Source of the DNA: Octopus bimaculoides
Lineage: Eukaryota
Length of the DNA stretch: 64,000 nucleotides
Reading direction: 5' to 3'
Assembly (NCBI RefSeq): GCF_001194135.2
Contig: NC_068989.1
Coordinates: 34,245,903 to 34,309,902, forward strand
Under the pieces are notes generated by a model. That model had not been told where the DNA came from and did not search any database. It worked only from the letters and a program-made list of their open reading frames with translations. Every line of letters starts with the position of its first letter. Position 1 is the first letter of the stretch. Below are positions 38,872-52,989 of this stretch, in pieces. The translations under genes and the position numbers were made by a program.

Positions 38872-39425
38872 TATATTATCTTTTATTGGCTTCAGCTAAA
38901 GGCTGGGGCCATACTGGAGAACTGTCTTTCAGTGTAATTAGGTTTCTTTTCTATATTGTTTCTGGTGAAGTAATAAGTCGGTTTGAGCTGTTCTTCTTTG
39001 TGCCATGATGTGGGTTCATCTAGTATCTCAGATGAAAATTTGTCCAAACATTCTTTGTAAACCTCCATATCTACACTTTGCAAATCTCTGAGGTTGTTTG
39101 CCAAAATGTTGAACAATTATGAACCCTTGAGCCCCAAGCTGATGCAGTACTGGGTTTTTTGTCTAGATAGAGAGAACTGACACTTTGGTACTATGTAGTG
39201 CCATCCAGTTCAATAGTTGGTATAGCTTCCAATTCCAAAGTCAGAGCTAGACCTTCCAGGGTCCTCCATGTGTATATCACTGTATATCTTTCACATCTTC
39301 TCTCTAGGGAGTAGAGCTGTAGTTGCTTTAGTAGTTGCATACATGCATAACATAATAAAAATAAATAAATAAAATAGTGAAACAAGCAAGTAAACCAAGA
39401 AAAGATAATACACAAGAAAACCTAC

Positions 39426-39553
39426 TTTCCAGACATCATTGACTGTGGTTATAGTTCTGAAGTTGCCACCACCAGAATATGTAGAATCAATAAATAAATC
39501 AGTCATGGCCTTGGTATAGTAATACATAGATGTGCTTGTCATTCCAAATGTAA
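39426..39553 (-). CDS. PKD2: Polycystin-2 exon (end of S1, start of TOP domain)
   Basis: 128 nt, ttctag/gtaggt, phase 1/0. ITFGMTSTSMYYYTKAMTDLFIDSTYSGGGNFRTITTVNDVWK. Confidence 0.95.
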
Positions 39554-39616
39554 CTAGAAGATAAAATCAAAAATATATTTGCAATTAGACATGCGCAGAA
39601 CTACATAGTGATCCAG

Positions 39617-39680
39617 TGTAGTAATACACAGATGTACTTGTCATTCCAAATGTGACTAGAAAATAAAGTCAAACACATTT
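39617..39680 (-). pseudogene. Partial tandem duplicate of the acceptor and first 14 codons of PKD2 exon 39426-39553
   Basis: Offset is 102 bp from the real copy. ttttctag|TC ACA TTT GGA ATG ACA AGT ACA TCT GTG TAT TAC TAC ACT. Confidence 0.85.
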
Positions 39681-40679
39681 TCTCAAATGTACACTGAACT
39701 GCATACTTTAACCAACTTTTTCCTGATACCACCTATCTTCCTTAATGTTTCACTTGATAACCAAACTTCATTCTTAATATTTTCCCTCTCCACTCACATT
39801 TTACATTGATCATTCTCATGTGCCATCAAATCATCTCTCCTCTGCCACCATACATCTCTCACTCACCCCATACACTACACCTGCCTCTACCTCCTATACT
39901 CTTGCAACCTACCCAACCAAATGTCATGTCATCTCTCTGTCTCTCTCTTCCTCCAACTCATGTGTATCATTGGTCACACCCATCCCTTATCCACCACTCA
40001 ACCCTATCCAGTCTCTACAGTTGTCACCTATTCTTCCCTATCTTCCCTACATATCATCCCTTAACACTTGATCCTTATATATTATATTCATCTCATTCAC
40101 TTATTTTTCCATTTCTAACAACTCATCACTTTCCTCATACACTCTTGCAACCTCTATCTACCTACACTCCCTATTCTTCTGCTTCCACTCACTTCTATGT
40201 ACCTAGAGGGTCCACCCTGACCACTACTTTTATCTCTTTTCAGCTCCCCATCGGTTATTTCCACCAATGCTTCTACAATGTGAGTAACCATGTAATCCCT
40301 TTACAGTAAGGAAGAGGAGGACACATTTTCAATTAGTATTTCTGTGATAATAAAAACACCACAGAAAATTTTATCTCCTTTTAATTCCATGGATCTATCC
40401 ATCATCTATGGAAGACAGTGGGGAAGGGGTGTCAAAATTCAAACTGATGAAACAATCATCAGTCATACAGTGTTCCCACTGTTGTGAATATATTTATGGC
40501 TAGGTAGACAAAGATATAACTTAGTCTTATAGTAATACATAGTTTTAAGGCTATAATATGCTGTTGTTTGTATACATGTTTGCAGGGACTTTGAAAACAT
40601 TGTGTAATGAATACATAACAACTTAGTCTCATTTGAACAGCATCAATATATTTTTACTGCACATTTCAGATAAATAGTG

Positions 40680-40732
<53 letters not shown>

Positions 40733-43125
40733 ACTCATTTGCTGTCAGGAGGAAATTGGCTGAGGACAGATCTGGGGAGGGATAAGCTCTACTGGTTTAA
40801 ACACCCAAAACTCACTATATATCATGAGAGTGCTCCTATGACACCATCAGAGTCCAAGAAAAAATGAACTTCATTCTTAACCTATACCATGAACTGTGTC
40901 TTCCCTCAAGTTCCTCTATATCTAATACAATAGTTGCTGCTTCTCTGAACTAGCAACTATGTATCAAAATCCATTCAATGCACCCATCTCTTTCTTGCCA
41001 TCACTCCAGATGTACAATCCAACAAGAGGCCATCTCCTGTATTAATTATAGCAGCTAAATTTCCCTATAACATATTATCATCTTCAAAATAGAAACAATA
41101 TGACAGACAAGGTAGTGTTTGACATACAAAATAGTGGGATGGTCACATCTAGAATGCCTTTTATCATAGCTCTATTTGATCAAGGTTCACCTGATGCTAA
41201 ACAACAATGTCAACAAGAACAGGACTTATGACCCTTGCAAATCTTCTCATATAGATGAGGTTGGTACAACCAAATTTAAGCTTAAGCTTCTGTAAGTTGC
41301 CAACAGAGTTCCAAAAGATTTGTGTCGTGGAAGAGAAAGGATGGGAAAGTATTTAAGTGTTGGGTCTGAGTAAGAAAGGCAAAATAGAGATTGTTGACAT
41401 TGTTGTACAGCACCAGGTGAAACAATCAAAAATAGCTATAATAAAAGACATTCTAGATGTGACCATCCCACTATTTTGTATGTCAAGAACAACTCTGTCT
41501 GGCATGTCCTTCCATTACTGGAAGTAATGAAATAAAATAAAAGAAAAAGGAAAAAAAAAAAAGCTTCTAATAATGCAGTAAGTTTTACAAAAAATCTTTT
41601 ATATTTCTTAGTGCCTGAGATATAAAGGGGTTTTATAAAACTTTCTGCATTGTTAGAAGCTTTCATTATTTCCCTTTTCTATTTTTGGACTACAATGCTT
41701 CAAGTGAACTACAACATTCTTAATGAAATAAAGTTACCTGACAGAATGAGTGAGGAAATAGCTAGAACCTGCTAGAAATAGCAATGACATTTCCTTTAAA
41801 TCACAAATGAAGAATTCAGTAAAATAATTTTGCTGTTATTAATCTGGTGTTTGGAACATAAGTTAAAATGAAATTTTGATGGAAAGTTTTAATTTTGATT
41901 GCTTTACAGTAGCCATTCTACTTTACTTTCATTGCTCAAACCTTTGAGGAAAACATGCAATTCTCAATGTCACATTTTCATTACTTCATAAATCTGATGC
42001 CTTATGACTTCATAAGTAACCAATATTTGTGAGTAGGAAGGCAGATGGTGTAGAACAAGAGGCTTAATAAAACCAAAATACAGTAATTGCCAAAGATCAA
42101 GCACCCCCACCATTCCATCTTTAATCAATTTAGATTTTGGAATTGTCTCCCTTACCCTTTTAAACAAGAGTTGTTATTAATACTAATGTAGTCTTTCTTT
42201 CATTACAGGTGTAATTTTATTATACTGTCTACTTTGTTGGCTGCCTAATAATTCAGAGTTTAAATAGAATTAGAGCTCACTCTGTGCCTTCTTTATATCC
42301 AAAATCAATATATTTTGTAAAAATGATATATTGAAATTCAATGAATCAACTTTAACAAAAGTCCTTCCTGTCTCACAAATATGGTCCCTGAGGACAAGAA
42401 GGAAATAAATATTTGTCACAAGATATGAATTACTGATAAACAATTTTACACTCTACCAATTTCACATTGCCATGACATATATTTGAAAAAATATCAAAAT
42501 CTTACTGGCTGCTGATAAATCCATACACAAAGCAATATAGATATTTATGAAAAACACCTGGACAGTAAGTAAGCAGTTGATTGAGAAATCAATGAGTCCA
42601 CCATTATAACTAAGCAACAAAGCAATAAATTTAATCTCATCATTCATGTTTATTTACTCCAGCCAGTCTCTGAAAAATCTCTATGTGAATAGGAAACTCA
42701 TGATAATCATGAGTTAATAATTTCTTCAAATAAATATTAATTCCTTATAAATAACAAATCCCACAGAATTTTAAGGAAAGGCACAAGATTGTGAGATGTT
42801 CATACCTTTCTACCAAGCATTAATAAACAGTTTAAACAAGGTTTCAATTAAATAGCTTCAATCTGGAATCTAAATGGTAGGGGGTCACATACTCAGTTGG
42901 GTGATAGCTTACATCTGCTTTATGCAAATAAAAAGCATATTTATTTAAGATTAATTGGTTAAACATTTTACCCTGTTACTGCACAAGTTTGGTATAAACT
43001 ACAAATGATCCTCAGGGATATCTTGTCCATTCAGAGGTTAAACTACATTGCATTAATAAAATATTCTTATTGTTTAGCTGCAAGTCAACTCTAATTGAGA
43101 AGACCTATGATCAAAAGCATCTTAA

Positions 43126-43346
43126 CTCTTTAGTGTTGAAATTACTTTGTCAAAAGTAATTCTTATTTATTCACATTTCTAAAAAATTAATCTGGTATTA
43201 TCTTGTAGCTTCAAGATTTCAAAGATGTAATTGTTTATTTTTAGAATGACATTGTAGGGTAGGTGTGAGCTTCTAGTTCTGGTTAGTTTGAACATAAAAT
43301 AGATAGTATGTTTGGGCCAAATACAGCCAGTTTGAACACTAAAGTG
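43126..43346. mobile_element. piggyBac-type MITE
   Basis: TTAA TSDs with TIR CTCTTTAGTGTT / AACACTAAAGTG. Confidence 0.65.
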
Positions 43347-43525
43347 TTAAGCATGACTTTCTCATCTTTTTCTCCAACCAAAGTGCTATTTTTTGTTAAT
43401 CAACCAACCATGTAAAGTTTGCAAGTTTCCCTTGTCAGTTTGAGCAAGTATCTTCTAGATCACATCAGAGTTTTGAATTATGCAAATGTTTGAGATAGTT
43501 CCATCTTTTTAATATGTTCCCATCA

Positions 43526-43572
<47 letters not shown>

Positions 43573-43984
43573 CAAGTAATCAGTCGTCACTCATGAATGA
43601 GTAGGATGGTCTAATAGTCTGTATCACACTTTTGTTAATTGTTTTAGGATTCTATGTGGTCCATGAGCAAACAGACACCCTTTTGATGATCTCACACTTG
43701 CTTCAGCAGATTATACAGGATATGACAGTTGGTGAGAGAGAGAGCTACACCAGTACTTGACTAGTACTTATTGTAACAGAGTAGACGAGAGCAACATGAA
43801 ATGAAGTGACTTGCTCAAGAACACATTGTGCTGCCAAGGCAAGCAATTGAGACCACTACCTTATGAGCATAAGCTAAACACCTTAACCAGTAGGCCACAT
43901 ACCTTTACAAAATATGCATACACACAAACAATCTGATGAATGTCTGCATTAAGAAACTTCGAGTAGTGGAAAAATAGTTAACTT

Positions 43985-46320
43985 TAGCAATAATATATAA
44001 TGTCAGCTTGGAGGAGAAGGGTCTGGAAGCTCAAAGATCCTGCGAATGGACAGAAATTTAGAGACTTATTACTTGAAGCCTTTGACGAAATAGAGGGGGA
44101 TGTAGCTTCACACAATGTAGAAGACAACTGGACATTTCTATGAGACAACCTGCTGAGAGCCACTAACCAGATCTGTGGATGGTGCAAAGTCCCCTCTCGA
44201 CCGAAAATAACATGGTGGTGGAACAATGTTGTTGACAGGGCTATTAGACAAAAGAAACAGGCTTGGAAGGACTGGAAGAACGGTGGTAGCAGTGAATTGT
44301 ATCAGACTACCAGAAGAGAAGCTAGGCGACAGGTTTATTTAGCAGATAAGAAAAAATTTGCCAATGTTCTGCGCCGTGTGGACCAAAGACTTGAGGTATT
44401 TTGTGTTGCAAGACTGTGTGTGAGAGAGATTCGTGATATCATGGGAGAGAAATGTGTTTGCATGGATGATGGTACGCTTGCACTAAATGAGGCTGCAAAG
44501 AAAGAGGTTTGGAGACACCACTACGAAAGATTGCTCAATAAAGAGAATGAATGGGAGAAAGAGAGTCTGCTGAATGTCGACCCAACAGAGGGACCGGCTA
44601 TCCGATTTGACAGTACCATGGTAGATAAAGCAATTAAGAGTATGAAGACAGGGAAGGCCCCCAGCCCATCAGGAATCACTGCACAGATGCTCAAAATATC
44701 TGGCAGTGTAGGCTATAGCCTAGTCACCCGTATTGTTAACCAGGTGATACACAAAGGAGTCATACCCAATGACTGGTGTAGCAGGACCATAGTCAACTGC
44801 NNNNNNNNNNNNNNNNNNNNNNNNNNNNNNNNNNNNNNNNNNNNNNNNNNNNNNNNNNNNNNNNNNNNNNNNNNNNNNNNNNNNNNNNNNNNNNNNNNNN
44901 NNNNNNNNNNNNNNNNNNNNNNNNNNNNNNNNNNNNNNNNNNNNNNNNNNNNNNNNNNNNNNNNNNNNNNNNNNNNNNNNNNNNNNNNNNNNNNNNNNNN
45001 NNNNNNNNNNNNNNNNNNNNNNNNNNNNNNNNNNNNNNNNNNNNNNNNNNNNNNNNNNNNNNNNNNNNNNNNNNNNNNNNNNNNNNNNNNNNNNNNNNNN
45101 NNNNNNNNNNNNNNNNNNNNNNNNNNNNNNNNNNNNNNNNNNNNNNNNNNNNNNNNNNNNNNNNNNNNNNNNNNNNNNNNNNNNNNNNNNNNNNNNNNNN
45201 NNNNNNNNNNNNNNNNNNNNNNNNNNNNNNNNNNNNNNNNNNNNNNNNNNNNNNNNNNNNNNNNNNNNNNNNNNNNNNNNNNNNNNNNNNNNNNNNNNNN
45301 NNNNNNNNNNNNNNNNNNNNNNNNNNNNNNNNNNNNNNNNNNNNNNNNNNNNNNNNNNNNNNNNNNNNNNNNNNNNNNNNNNNNNNNNNNNNNNNNNNNN
45401 NNNNNNNNNNNNNNNNNNNNNNNNNNNNNNNNNNNNNNNNNNNNNNNNNNNNNNAAGCAAGGACTAGAATCGAAGGGCCTTAGAGTCAACTTAGCTAAAA
45501 CCAAAGTCCTAATAAGTAGGTAGGTAGAAAAAACACAAACCCCTTCAGGTAGATGGCCCTGCTCGATCTGTAGAAAAGGCATAAGTAGAAACTCTATAAG
45601 ATGCACCCAGTGCAAGCTATGGACACATAAGAGGTGCAGCAATATCAAAGGAAGTTAATTTTTGTATGTGGCAGATGTTCAGGAGCCATAAACACTGTAA
45701 ATGTGCAGAAAACAACTTCTGCCACATTCCAGGGAGAAAAAATAGATGTAGTTGATAGCTTCCGCTATCTAGGTGACCAAGTTAGTAGTCGGGGTGGGTG
45801 TGCTGAAAGTGTAGCTGCTAGAATAAGAATAGCTGGTGACAAAGGGTCACTCTTGCAGAGTAAAAGGCAGATTGTATGACGCATGTGTACGAACAGCCAT
45901 GCTTCATGGCAGTAAAACATTGGCCGTGACTGCTGAAGACATGCGTAGGCTCGCAAGGAATGAAGCCAGTATGCTCCGATGGATGTGTAATGTCAGTGTG
46001 CATACTAGACAGAGTGTAAGTACCTTGAGAGCAAGATCATTGCCAGTGCCGCTGGACTGGCTCCTGTGCAGGTGGCATGTAAAATACACCATTTTGAGCG
46101 TGGCCGTTGCCAGTAACGCCTGACTGGCCTTCGTACAGGTGGCACGTAAAAGCACCCACTACACTCTCGGAGTGGTTGGCGTAAGGAAGGGCATCCAGCT
46201 GTAGAAACTCTGCCAAATCAGATTGGAGCCTGGTGTAGCCATCTGGTTCACCAGTCCTCAGTGAAATCGTCCAACCCATGCTAGCATGGAAAGCGGACGT
46301 TAAACGATGATGATGATGAT
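43985..46320 (+). mobile_element. RTE-clade LINE, 5'-truncated; RT core lies in the gap
   Basis: ORF fragments closely match the 59-62 kb copy (GKAPSPSGIT, GLRVNLAKTKVL, RVKGRLYDACVRTAMLHGS). It ends with the same 3' UTR and (GAT)n. Confidence 0.9.
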
Positions 46321-46654
46321 GTATATTATTCAGTGTGTAACTTCCTCTTCAATTTTTTAAGGTTATACCTTAGGTTCTAAAGCTATTTCAAGATTGCACT
46401 GATAGTCCCGAATGTACTAAGGTCAATCTATAGTTCAAATGTTATGAAATCTGGTCTGTTGTGTTTAATTGAAATTTGCAAAAGGTACTTGAAGGCCCGA
46501 CAGTAGTATTAAAGCAAATGACAAATAAAATGTATTAAAAATTAAATCCAGAAAATAATTATTGAAAATGAAGCTATGTTTATAATAAAACCAGAACCAA
46601 ATGAATATACTAAACTATGCAACTGTAACACCTTACTCCAACTCTCAGCCATTA

Positions 46655-46687
<33 letters not shown>

Positions 46688-47949
46688 GCGCATGCATGCA
46701 CGTCAACCATGAAGAAGTGTCATAGTTACCAAATGTTAGTCAATTAACAAAAGCTTGTCCTTGTTAAGTAAACACTCAATTCAAGATGCAATGAAGTGAT
46801 GGAAAATTTCACAATAGATAACAAATCTATCTGATTACAGAGTTATGTTTTCCCTCCTCAAATAAATGCAAGTCAAAACACGTTTTCATGTTATAGGTTT
46901 TTTTGTTTCTGTATTCTTGATTTATGATCAGGACAGTAAATGAGTGCAAGACAGCAACAAAAACTGACATCAATAAGTTAGACTTCGTCATTAAAATTTT
47001 TGGATTAGTTATTTCTTTTAGAATCAATTTCGGTAATGTTTTCATCCTTCTCTGATCAACAGGATCAGTACCAATCAGTTTGATTTGGTGTTTATGCTTA
47101 CAACCTCCCTCTACAAAGCAGTCCTCTTAAACCAATGTAGAAAATCAACAAAGAGCTAAACCAACGAAATATAGCATGGTGAGGAAGATGATGTTCCCTG
47201 AATAAAAACTCAAAACAAGAAACACCTTTTGTCAATAAAATTTTGGCCATATAGTGCATTTATAACACACCTCTCTGTTGCTATGTTGTGTCTTTGGTTA
47301 AAATATTTTATGCTAACCTAAAGTACAAAATGTCTTCATAAAGAGGTCTTCAAAGTACAACGTGTAGTTCCATGGGTCAAGATTTAGCTCTGGTTTTATG
47401 GCATTGAGTAACTAAGAGACAAACATCATACTGGATAGACATAAATAACGTACCAAAATGATCTCATAACTATTTTAATCAGGATAATGAAGTGAGGGAT
47501 ATAGAATTAACTGTACTGCCTAAAAGCATAAGGAAATAACTGCAATAGATTTCATTTTATAGCTTATGAACTGGTAGCCTTATACTATTTTTACTGGGCC
47601 ATTTTATTTCTTCCTGGCCAAATTAGCTGTAAACTTGTACCATGGAAAACTACAGATGGAGGAACTAAATAATGAATTTCTAAACATTAGTATTTGAGTG
47701 AGGGTATGATTGATTAAATCAACTCTAGTATTAGACCAGTGTTTTATCAAAATGAGGATAGGCAAAGTTAAACTTCATGGGATTTGAACCTGGTATGACT
47801 AAATACTACAAGGCATTTTATGTGATACTTTAATGATTATGCCAATCTATCACACTGAATAATTGACAAGTGTTTTGTAGCTCACACTTGTGATTCAAAC
47901 CTCTAATCAACATGATGAAAAGCTGTTGGGGAAACCATTCTAGGATATC

Positions 47950-48790
47950 ATCTTCTGAAGATAAAGTTTTCAGTAGTGCCCCACTAATTGAATGCATTTT
48001 CCTCTACATCAATGATCTTCTTGTCAATATTCTTCAATTCATCAATGTTTATGCTGATGATACTACTCTTTATTATGGTTTTCCTGGCAATCCTTCTCCC
48101 TTAAAACAGTTGGAACTTGATGCTAGTCTTGAGGTGGAACTGCGGACTGTTTAGAAATGAAGTGAGAAGTGGTTAGTAACTTTCAACCCTGCAAAACCAA
48201 ACCCATGTCTTTCAGTACGAAGCAAGATCCCTAACTTCCTTCCATTTAAATTAGTTATAGGTCTGGGATATCACATAGTGAGACTTCAGGAAAAGCCATC
48301 TTTGAAACTGGTCTTACTTTTTCACCTGATCTTTCTTGGGGTTCTTGCAATACGATCAATTAGTAGGTCTACTTCCTGTAACATTGAGTCATTGTATAGG
48401 TCAAAGGACTATCTCACATCCAAGGTAATTTTATATCTTTAAAAGTTCACAATTTATTGTTGTATGGAATGCTGTGGTCATATTTGAGCAGGTACACCTT
48501 CTTGTCACTTGGATCTCCTCAACCAGGTTCAGAAGTGAGTCTCTAATTTGACTGGTACCTCTCTTGTGTCAACTCTACAACACTTGTCACATCAACGTAA
48601 CATCACCAGTTTTAGTCTTTTCTATCGTCATTGCCACAAGGAGTGCTCTGCTGAACAGTCAGACTTTTAAACTCACTTCCGTCTCATTGTTTTCCTCCTT
48701 CTTATGACCTGAACACTTTCAAGTCTCGAGTAAATTCATTCCTTTCATCTTAATTTCTCCTTCATATTCCTTTACACTAAGTGGCTTCTT
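47950..48790 (+). mobile_element. CR1/L2-group LINE RT 3' fragment
   Basis: FLYINDLL..VYADDTTLY, FNPAK, and downstream LSHQRNITSFSLFYR. Decayed. Confidence 0.75.
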
Positions 48791-49331
48791 GATTTGTTTG
48801 GAACTTTCTTATAAAAAAAAAAAAAAGATATAACTGATATAATGTAGCATAATAAATGGGGAATTAATGAGTGCAAACCTTTTTGACATACAATTGTGAT
48901 GTGCACATTATTATATTTGCCTCTCTCTATCTGGTTATCATTATACAGTTAAATAGTTTATAATAACTAATCAAAAACATCTAAATTTGTAGAACATAAG
49001 ATCCTACCTATGCAAGTATTGAAAAATAAAGCAGTGTTTATTATATGCAAGTCTTTGCTTATCTGAATTTATGAACTAGCTTCAGCTCCCAGAGAAGGAA
49101 TTTGTAATTGTCATAGATTTTATACAGTTACTTAAGTGGCAAGACCCCAGAGATAACAAAGCATATGCCAATCTAAATGCATCACAGAATTTCTGAGTTT
49201 ATTTACATAAGGGACAGTTATATCTGGCTTGCAATTCTAGATTTCAAGGATGGAATGCTAAAAGCTAAATATTTTTTTTTTTAAATTGCCAGATTATAAA
49301 AATGCCAATAATTTATAACTGTTGTACTTAC

Positions 49332-49445
49332 TGACACAAAGCACAGCAAGGAAAATGATGTAGATGATAAGTTCTCTTAGAGTGGTCTTCACGTGAAGTT
49401 CACGATCTCCTTTGGTCTCCTCTGTGTCACGCGTAGCCCACAAAG
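49332..49445 (-). CDS. PKD2: Polycystin-2 exon (first found in window; pre-S1 and S1 helix)
   Basis: 114 nt between ttttttcag and gtaagt, phase 1/1. Translates LWATRDTEETKGDRELHVKTTLRELIIYIIFLAVLCV, resembling human PKD2 exon 2, which I recall is also 114 nt. Not in the ORF track. Confidence 0.93.
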
Positions 49446-50196
49446 CTGAAAAAAAAATGAAAACAAAGGAATCAGATGATTATAATAAATCTATAAAACC
49501 AATAAAACATTTTGCTTAAGATAATTGTTGTTAATGAGCTCCAGGTAGGTTCTGATGGAACAGATTGACGATGAAAGGCATTCCAGTCATGAGCACCCAA
49601 CTTTTTATTCACAGTGTATCTAGGCTCACATCATCATTTAATGTCCATGTTGTCCATGCTGGCATGGGTTAGATGGTTTGATAGAATCCAACTGCATTGT
49701 ACTCCAGTGTCTGATTTGGCATGGTTTTTATGATTGGACACCCTTCTTATACCACCCACTTTTCAGTGCGTACTGAGTGAGTTTTTTTGTGGCAACAGCA
49801 TTAGTGAGGTTGCCATGCAGCCTGAAAGATTAAGATACCCTTCAACTGAGAAAGGCTGCATTAGAGAAGGAAGTGGCTTTATGCTTTGAATTGAGGGTTA
49901 AAGTATGAGAGAAAGGGACAGAACAGAACAGGCTTCTTGCTGTAGAGGAGCTACACAATTACTCAGGTTATAGAAGATATAGAGGAAGTGCCCAGAGTAG
50001 AGCTAGAAAGAGAGAAAAGTAGTGACGATGAGGTGCCAGGGTGGACCCTCAAGATATGATGCAAGTAGATGTGAGTGAGGATAGGAGAACAGAAAGAGTG
50101 GTTGGGTAGAGGTTGTAAGAGTGTATAGGAGAGCTAGAGATAGTTAGTGAGGAAATGCGTTAGAAGGAGAATATAATGAAGAACAAGTGTCTATAT

Positions 50197-52989
50197 CAGT
50201 GTTTCCCAAACTTTTCATGCCAAATTGCAATATCACCCACCTGTCAACCAAAAATTGCTCTAGCGTCCCCCTATATAAAAAAAAAACACTGTCCCCCAGC
50301 AAAAAAAAAAAAAAAAAAATCCCCCCTGTATCATTTGACATGCATTATATCGTATACACACTATATCATTGCCCTGTTAGTGCCGTTTGGACTAAATATG
50401 CAGTTGTTTACAAATCCTTTATTGTGGGTTTAGTTTTGCCATTAGTGTACATACAATTCTAGCATTAACTTTATATTATGCAGACAGATTAACTTCTAGA
50501 AACTTGCGCTTTCTTTTACACTGATATTCATTTTCCCCAAATGAACAATTGATCAGAACTACTGATGCAAAAATAATTAATGATTGTATTATAAAGGAAA
50601 AGAATAAAACTTTTTAATGAGAACCATGTGTCTGGTGCGATGCAGCTAGTGCAGATACATTCAGTTTCAAACTTGTCAACTTTAGTTGCAAGTCTCCTCA
50701 TTGTATCACATCCAGTCCAATTCTTTTATGGGAAAATAAAGTTCCAACATGGTTAAAACCAGCTTCAACCAGGTATGAGGTAGAGAAGGCAAGTAAAGTA
50801 ATTTCAGATGTTTCCACAGATTGGGGTAGGAATTCAATATACCCTGATGGTACTACAAACCTTCTTTGCCATTACAGCAATATCGCATTGCAGCATCATT
50901 GTCATTTCGTAATTCTATCAATTCCTCCTGAACATCATCCTCGCAATCAACTGTATCAATCTCAAACAGATTGCTATACCAATTTGGAATATTCAGCGCA
51001 ATAACATCTTGAAATCACTCCACCATGTTATTGTGCAATGATTGTAAATAGCTGCGATATGTAGTTAAATCCTCATCAACCAATTCATCTTTCAAAGAAT
51101 CAAGTTGTGGAAACTGATGGAATTGACATTTTGAAATGTTAGTCTAATACAGTACCAATTTCAAAATGAAGGTAATGATAAATGATTTACAATCATCGAG
51201 AGATTTTCTGTTTCCTTACAATAATTTATTCAAATATCACAACTTGCAGCCATCAATGAAGCGGATAGTGGAGTATCTTCAAAGAAAGATATGATTATAT
51301 GAAACAGTTTGACAAAGCATAAAACACAGTTTCCTTTTGACAGCCACCACACTTCAGTATGGTATAAGAGTTTAGTATGGTCCTCATCATTTCTTAGACA
51401 TAGTAGACGGAAATTCGATCAGACAAGGGACTGGACTTCAATTTGTTCACAGTCTTGATAACTAACTGTAGCACATCATTCAACCTACCATTCATATTTT
51501 TTGCCACTAAATGCTGCCAGTGTGCCAAGCAATGAACAGTTACTATCTGGTGGGAAATTTCACTTTTTAGGAGAGATAAAAAACCTCTGTATCTTCCTAT
51601 CATCGAAGGGGCTCCATCAGATGCACAGGCAAGACTATTACTGAGTGGGATATTATGTTCAAGAAGGAAAGACTTGGGAGTGTGAAAAATAGTTGCACTT
51701 CTTGAATAAAGCGGCAATTTCTCTGTGAACAGCATTTCCTCACAAGATTGAAGGTCTTCGCTGAAATACCGAACATATACCATCATCAAACATTGATTAT
51801 CAACAACAGTTGACTGATCCACTTGTATAGAAAATTCAGAACGCTGGAGAATACTAATGAGCTGATGTTTGACATCGTTGGCCATTTCTTCAATGCTTCA
51901 AGAAATTGTGTTATTACTAAGTGGGATCTTCTTCATAATGTTATTGCGTTTTTCATGCATAACGGTTGACAAAACCTCTTCGATAACTGGGCAAAATAAT
52001 GTTTCTCGAATTGTGTGAGACTTCTGAGACTTAGCAATAAGTAATACAATGTTGTACGATGCAATCAACCCACCATTCTCCTGTTTACTAGTTTCCTGGA
52101 GTAGCGTGTTGAATGTTTGTATTTACTTTTTGAAAGAGGAGCTCAGTTGCAAAAAGTATGATAACAACTTGTCCTTCTTGTCAGAATGCTTTGCATCAAA
52201 GTGATACTTCAAGCGTGAAGATTTCATGGCTTTGTTGGTCAATGTTTGATGGCAAAGAAATTGGTAACTGACATTTCTGAAGAGAGGGAATAAATCCAAA
52301 CGATAAATAATCGCTACTGTACTATCGACAAATTTTCTTGACTGGAGGCATCAATAAAGTGAAAATGTGAAAACAAATTTCTATAGACACCATCAGAAAG
52401 GCAGTATGGTATTCCCAAAGAAAAGAAGTCAATAGAGCAGAGTTCAGATGACACGTCTTTACTGGAGCAAATATGGATCTAGTTCATTTTGTCAACATCT
52501 TGAAAATAGCACTTGTGTCTTGATATGAAACCCCAGAATTACACATGACATATAACCCCCTCATAGCTTTTTTTATTTTACAGAATTTTCAGAAAATGTT
52601 TGCGAATTTGAATTCTATACGCAGGACTTCATACGATTATGCAAAAACAAAAATTGTACTGGAGTGTGATTTAAGGCCTAGGCTTATTTGGCTGCTATTT
52701 TTAGCATGCATGACAACCATCTCAATGACCAAGACAATAATATTCAATTGATAAACAAGTCCACTTTTTTAATACAAAGGGACATCTCATGCGAGTAGTC
52801 AAATTGACAAAAGTTCATCCTTATTCTAGACATGCCTAGGTATTAGTAAATGCAGACTTAATTTCTAAAAATTCATTGTCACCCACAATATGTTCATATT
52901 GCCCACCAAAATCTCGAATCGCTCATCATTTTCTAGAAATTCGCCCATCGCCCACAAGTGGGCGATATTGCTCACTTTGAGAAGCTATA
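50197..52989 (-). mobile_element. hAT (Buster/Charlie-like) DNA transposon, decayed but bounded
   Basis: Perfect 8-bp TSD GTCTATAT at 50189-50196 and 52990-52997. Ends are CAGTGTTTCCCAAA and TATAGCTTCTCAAA. The transposase fragment has FSIQVDQST, SDGAPSM and HCLAHWQHL. Confidence 0.9.
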
